From an uncultured virus (IMG/VR IMGVR_UViG_3300024496_000014) (Duplodnaviria > Heunggongvirae > Uroviricota > Caudoviricetes), in the IMG/VR virus record IMGVR_UViG_3300024496_000014: a stretch of DNA of 20,000 bases; one strand, written 5' to 3'. This document shows, piece by piece, positions 16,516-20,000 of this stretch (positions are counted from its first letter, which is position 1; each line of letters begins with the position of its first letter). A program made the translations under genes and the position numbers. The notes below the pieces were generated by a model that saw nothing but the letters and a program-made list of their open reading frames with translations, had not been told where the DNA came from and ran no database searches.

Positions 16516-19500
16516 ATGGCAAAGTTTTTTCCAAAAAGTCAATTACCTATTAGAAAGTCATCTGATTTATTACCAAAGGTATTTCAAACAGATGCTAATG
16601 ATAAATTTTTATCCGGCGTTTTAGATCCGTTACTGCAACCTGGTACACTAGAGAAGAACGTAGGATATGTTGGGCGTAGATACGGTAAAACATACAACGG
16701 CTCAGACATTTATTTAGATACCGACGCTACTCTTAGAAGTAGATATCAGTTGGAGCCTGGCGTTGTTCTTAAAAAAGATGGTAAGACACAAAATTTTTAT
16801 GACTTCATTGACTTTAAAAATATTTTAAAATATTTTGGAAATAATGAAGATAGAGATGATCTAATTGATCAACACCAGCACTATAGTTGGAACCCTCCTG
16901 TTGACTGGGATAAGTTTATTAATTATAGAGAATATTTTTGGATGCCAAGCGGTCCTCCACCAATTAGAATTTTAGGCCAAAGTTCTTCTGTAATAAGCAC
17001 ATATAGAGTTAAGCTCGGAGAAGCGTCTTCTTTTATTTTTTCTCCAGACGGCTATACAAACAATCCTAGAATAACATTATATAGAGGACAAAAATACAAA
17101 TTTATTGTAAATGTTCCGGGTAACGGATTTGTTATTAGAACATCATATGATACTGGTTCATTGACATTTAATCCTGATTTATTCTATCCTCAAGGATCTA
17201 TTGTTGTATTCAATGGTTCTGTATGGAAAGCAAAAGTTCCAGTATCTCCGGCCGACGGTAGCACAATAACAACAGAATCTCAAGACTGGGAATTTGTTGA
17301 AATTGTAAATGCAAATTCAGCAGCACTTGACTACACTAAAGGAATTACAAATTTTGGCATTGAGAATGGAACACTAACATTTGATGTGCCTTACGATGCG
17401 CCGGATATTCTTTATTATCAAAGTATTACTGATCCAAATAAATTTGGTCAGTTTATTATTTCCGACATTGAAGAAAATTCAAAAATTAATATTAACGATG
17501 ATATTATTGGAAAGACAACATATACAAGTAGCAACGGAATTGAACTAAGCAATGGTATGATTGTTAATTTTGGCGGTGTTGTTACCCCAGAGAAATATTC
17601 AAAAGGAAATTGGTTAGTTGAAGGTGTTGGTAAAGCAATCTCATTGACCAACTTTGATGATTTAGTTGTTCCTGTATTAACATCAGATGTTCCAGAAGTA
17701 TTATTTGATAATGAAGGTTTTGACACAGCACCTTTTGATGATGCAAGCTCGTATCCGGGAACAAAAGATTATATCACAATAGCTAAAAGTAGTAAAGATT
17801 TAAATCCTTGGTCACGATATAATCGTTGGTTTCATAGAAGTGTATTGGAACTTTCTTTTAAATTATCAGGAGAAGATTTTTACCACGACGAAGCAGCTAG
17901 AGCAAAACGTCCTATTATAGAATTTTTACCAAATTTAAAATTATACGAACACGGAGTATTTGCTAAGGAAACCGTAGATTACATTGACACATTTACGTCA
18001 GACGTATTTTCTAAAATTGAAGGAAGTACTGGTTATAGTATTGACGGTGAGCCGTTGTTTAACGGAGCAAGAATTCTTGTAACGGCCGACACTGATAGTT
18101 TAGCTAATAATAAAATTTATCAAGTTAAATTCTTCACTCAAAACGGTCAAAATCAAATCACCTTAATAAAAGTTGATGATACTGAATCCATCATTGGAGA
18201 AACCTTATTAGTTCGCCGTGGAAAGAAAAATAAAGGAACAATGTTCTACTATGATGGAACCGCTTGGTTAAGTAGCCAAGAAAAAACTAAAGTTAATCAA
18301 GCACCTTTATTTGATGCATTTGATGAAAATGGTGTAAGTTTTTCTGATAAAGATACGTATCCAGTTTCAACATTCCGCGGTACTAAAATTTTAGCATACA
18401 AAGAAAGCACAGGAGTTGTTGACCTAGAACTTGGATTTCCAATTAGCTATCTTAATATCAGCAACGTTGGAGATATAAGTTTTGAATTTGTATGGGATAT
18501 AGAATCCTTTACCTATGAAGTTTTAAGAAAATCATATTCAAAAAATATTAATACTGGTTTCTGTAAATTTAACCTAACAGACGAATATGTTAATCATTGG
18601 ATTGAAACTGAACAAAAATATCTACAACCAATCATTGATTCGCAGGTAATTACCACAGCAACTGACACGGTTTATTTTAATACCGTTGATTGGTTTAAAG
18701 TAACTGATCAAGACGAAATTTATTTTTATAAGAACGGAGAGCGTTATACAGAATCATATACAAGACAAGGTGGAAATTTTATTTTTGCTACACCGTTTGC
18801 TGTAAAAGATGTTCTTGTAATAAAAATATTTTGTAATTTAATTCCAGAAGAAGGATATTATGAAATTCCTGTAGGTTTGGAAAAAAATCCGTTAAACAAC
18901 GAACTAACAGATTTTACGTTTGGACAAGCAGTTGATCATATTTCGTCTGGATTAGAATTTTACAATGGATTCTCTGGACTTGTTGTAGGAAATAATTCTT
19001 TAAGAGACATTCATGGATTCCAGGCATATACTAAGAGATTTTTAAAACATGAAAGTGTGGCACCTGTTGCATTAACATTGCTAGTTGATAAGCAGGTTAA
19101 TTTAATTAAAGCTCTCCGATATGCTAAAAAGTCTTATACTGATTTTAAACATAATTTTATTAAAATTTCTGGAGAATTAGATTTTGATGGAGATATTCCA
19201 AAGCTAGTTGACAATATTATTAATGAATTAACAAGAGGTAAAAATCCTTCAAGCCCGTTTGTAAATTCTGATATGATCGGTAGCGGAGCATATACAAATT
19301 TAATTTACGAAGTTGAAGATCCAGATATTAACACATTTGTTATTTCAGATAAATTTGATTTAAAAACTTTAAGTAATCGAGCTGTCTACCTATACATTAA
19401 TAATCAACAATTAATTAATGGATTTGATTACGAATTTAATAGTGACTTTTCTTTTGTTAATATTTTAAAAACACTTAATGTTGGAGACATACTTGAAATT

Positions 19501-20000
19501 AGAGAATATGTTTCTTCAGGATTTAATCATATCCCTCAAACACCGACAAAGATTGGATTGTTTAAAAAGTTTGTACCTGAAAAATTCTTAGATGACACCT
19601 TTGTTGAACCAAAATATATGATTCAAGGACACGACGGTAGCCTTACAACAGCATTTAATGACTATCGAGACGATGCGCTTCTTGAATTAGAATTAAGAAT
19701 TTTTAATAACATCAAAAAAGAATATGATGAAAATATATTTGATATTGATGCAACCGCTGGCGGATATTATAAGACTGGAATATTTGAATACAATCAAATT
19801 ATACAAATAAACACACAAGAATTTTTAAAATGGATTGCAGATACAAATATCGATTATGTAAGTAATAGCTATTTTGACAGCGAAAATTCTTTCACTTATA
19901 CATATTCTAATATGTCTGACCCAGCCGGATTAGAAAATTTACCAGGTTGGTGGAGAGGAGTCTACAAGTATTTTTACGATACAGATCGTCCACATCGCTG
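16516..20000 (+). CDS. Partial giant structural protein (>1160 aa), probable gp7-like baseplate wedge/fibre-anchoring protein
   Basis: Missing from the ORF track because it runs off the window. ATG at 16516, 2 nt after the gp6 stop: MAKFFPKSQLPIRKSSDLLPKVFQTDANDKFL...; spot checks along frame +1 show no stop, ending ...LPGWWRGVYKYFYDTDRPHR. Position after gp6 suggests gp7. Confidence 0.8.
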   Translation, partial: MAKFFPKSQLPIRKSSDLLPKVFQTDANDKFLSGVLDPLLQPGTLEKNVGYVGRRYGKTYNGSDIYLDTDATLRSRYQLEPGVVLKKDGKTQNFYDFIDFKNILKYFGNNEDRDDLIDQHQHYSWNPPVDWDKFINYREYFWMPSGPPPIRILGQSSSVISTYRVKLGEASSFIFSPDGYTNNPRITLYRGQKYKFIVNVPGNGFVIRTSYDTGSLTFNPDLFYPQGSIVVFNGSVWKAKVPVSPADGSTITTESQDWEFVEIVNANSAALDYTKGITNFGIENGTLTFDVPYDAPDILYYQSITDPNKFGQFIISDIEENSKININDDIIGKTTYTSSNGIELSNGMIVNFGGVVTPEKYSKGNWLVEGVGKAISLTNFDDLVVPVLTSDVPEVLFDNEGFDTAPFDDASSYPGTKDYITIAKSSKDLNPWSRYNRWFHRSVLELSFKLSGEDFYHDEAARAKRPIIEFLPNLKLYEHGVFAKETVDYIDTFTSDVFSKIEGSTGYSIDGEPLFNGARILVTADTDSLANNKIYQVKFFTQNGQNQITLIKVDDTESIIGETLLVRRGKKNKGTMFYYDGTAWLSSQEKTKVNQAPLFDAFDENGVSFSDKDTYPVSTFRGTKILAYKESTGVVDLELGFPISYLNISNVGDISFEFVWDIESFTYEVLRKSYSKNINTGFCKFNLTDEYVNHWIETEQKYLQPIIDSQVITTATDTVYFNTVDWFKVTDQDEIYFYKNGERYTESYTRQGGNFIFATPFAVKDVLVIKIFCNLIPEEGYYEIPVGLEKNPLNNELTDFTFGQAVDHISSGLEFYNGFSGLVVGNNSLRDIHGFQAYTKRFLKHESVAPVALTLLVDKQVNLIKALRYAKKSYTDFKHNFIKISGELDFDGDIPKLVDNIINELTRGKNPSSPFVNSDMIGSGAYTNLIYEVEDPDINTFVISDKFDLKTLSNRAVYLYINNQQLINGFDYEFNSDFSFVNILKTLNVGDILEIREYVSSGFNHIPQTPTKIGLFKKFVPEKFLDDTFVEPKYMIQGHDGSLTTAFNDYRDDALLELELRIFNNIKKEYDENIFDIDATAGGYYKTGIFEYNQIIQINTQEFLKWIADTNIDYVSNSYFDSENSFTYTYSNMSDPAGLENLPGWWRGVYKYFYDTDRPHR

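Noticed and set aside
1329..17764. Short nested ORFs in the track (1329, 5473, 6895, 7415, 9574, 11391, 13420, 13464, 13807, 15061, 15480, 15713, 17448, 17582)
   Set aside because: All lie inside well-supported long genes, antisense or out of frame, with no recognisable motifs.

Overview
AT-rich window from a large T4-related (probably jumbo/huge) myophage genome, standard genetic code. Left part, minus strand: gp55-like late sigma factor, then a tightly coupled operon of gp47 (Mre11/SbcD), gp46 (Rad50/SbcC), a 2OG-Fe(II) oxygenase, a small Hc1-like basic protein and a stand-alone GIY-YIG nuclease. A ~490-nt non-coding, densely structured region follows, then two Gly/Ala-rich probable internal virion proteins behind an ATAAATA late promoter. 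Right part, plus strand: baseplate module (tube initiator-like, gp53, gp27-like hub, gp5-like spike, gp25, enlarged gp6 and a giant gp7-like gene running off the window). The best novelty candidate is the non-coding region 1904-2414. It looks like a large minus-strand structured RNA (G-U wobbles and a GNRA loop favour that strand) starting right at the GIY-YIG stop codon. It contains a pseudo-symmetric motif-spacer-motif duplication and ends in a hairpin array with GCGAAGC mini-hairpins on opposite strands. All gene calls come from motif recognition and gene order; no database searches were run.
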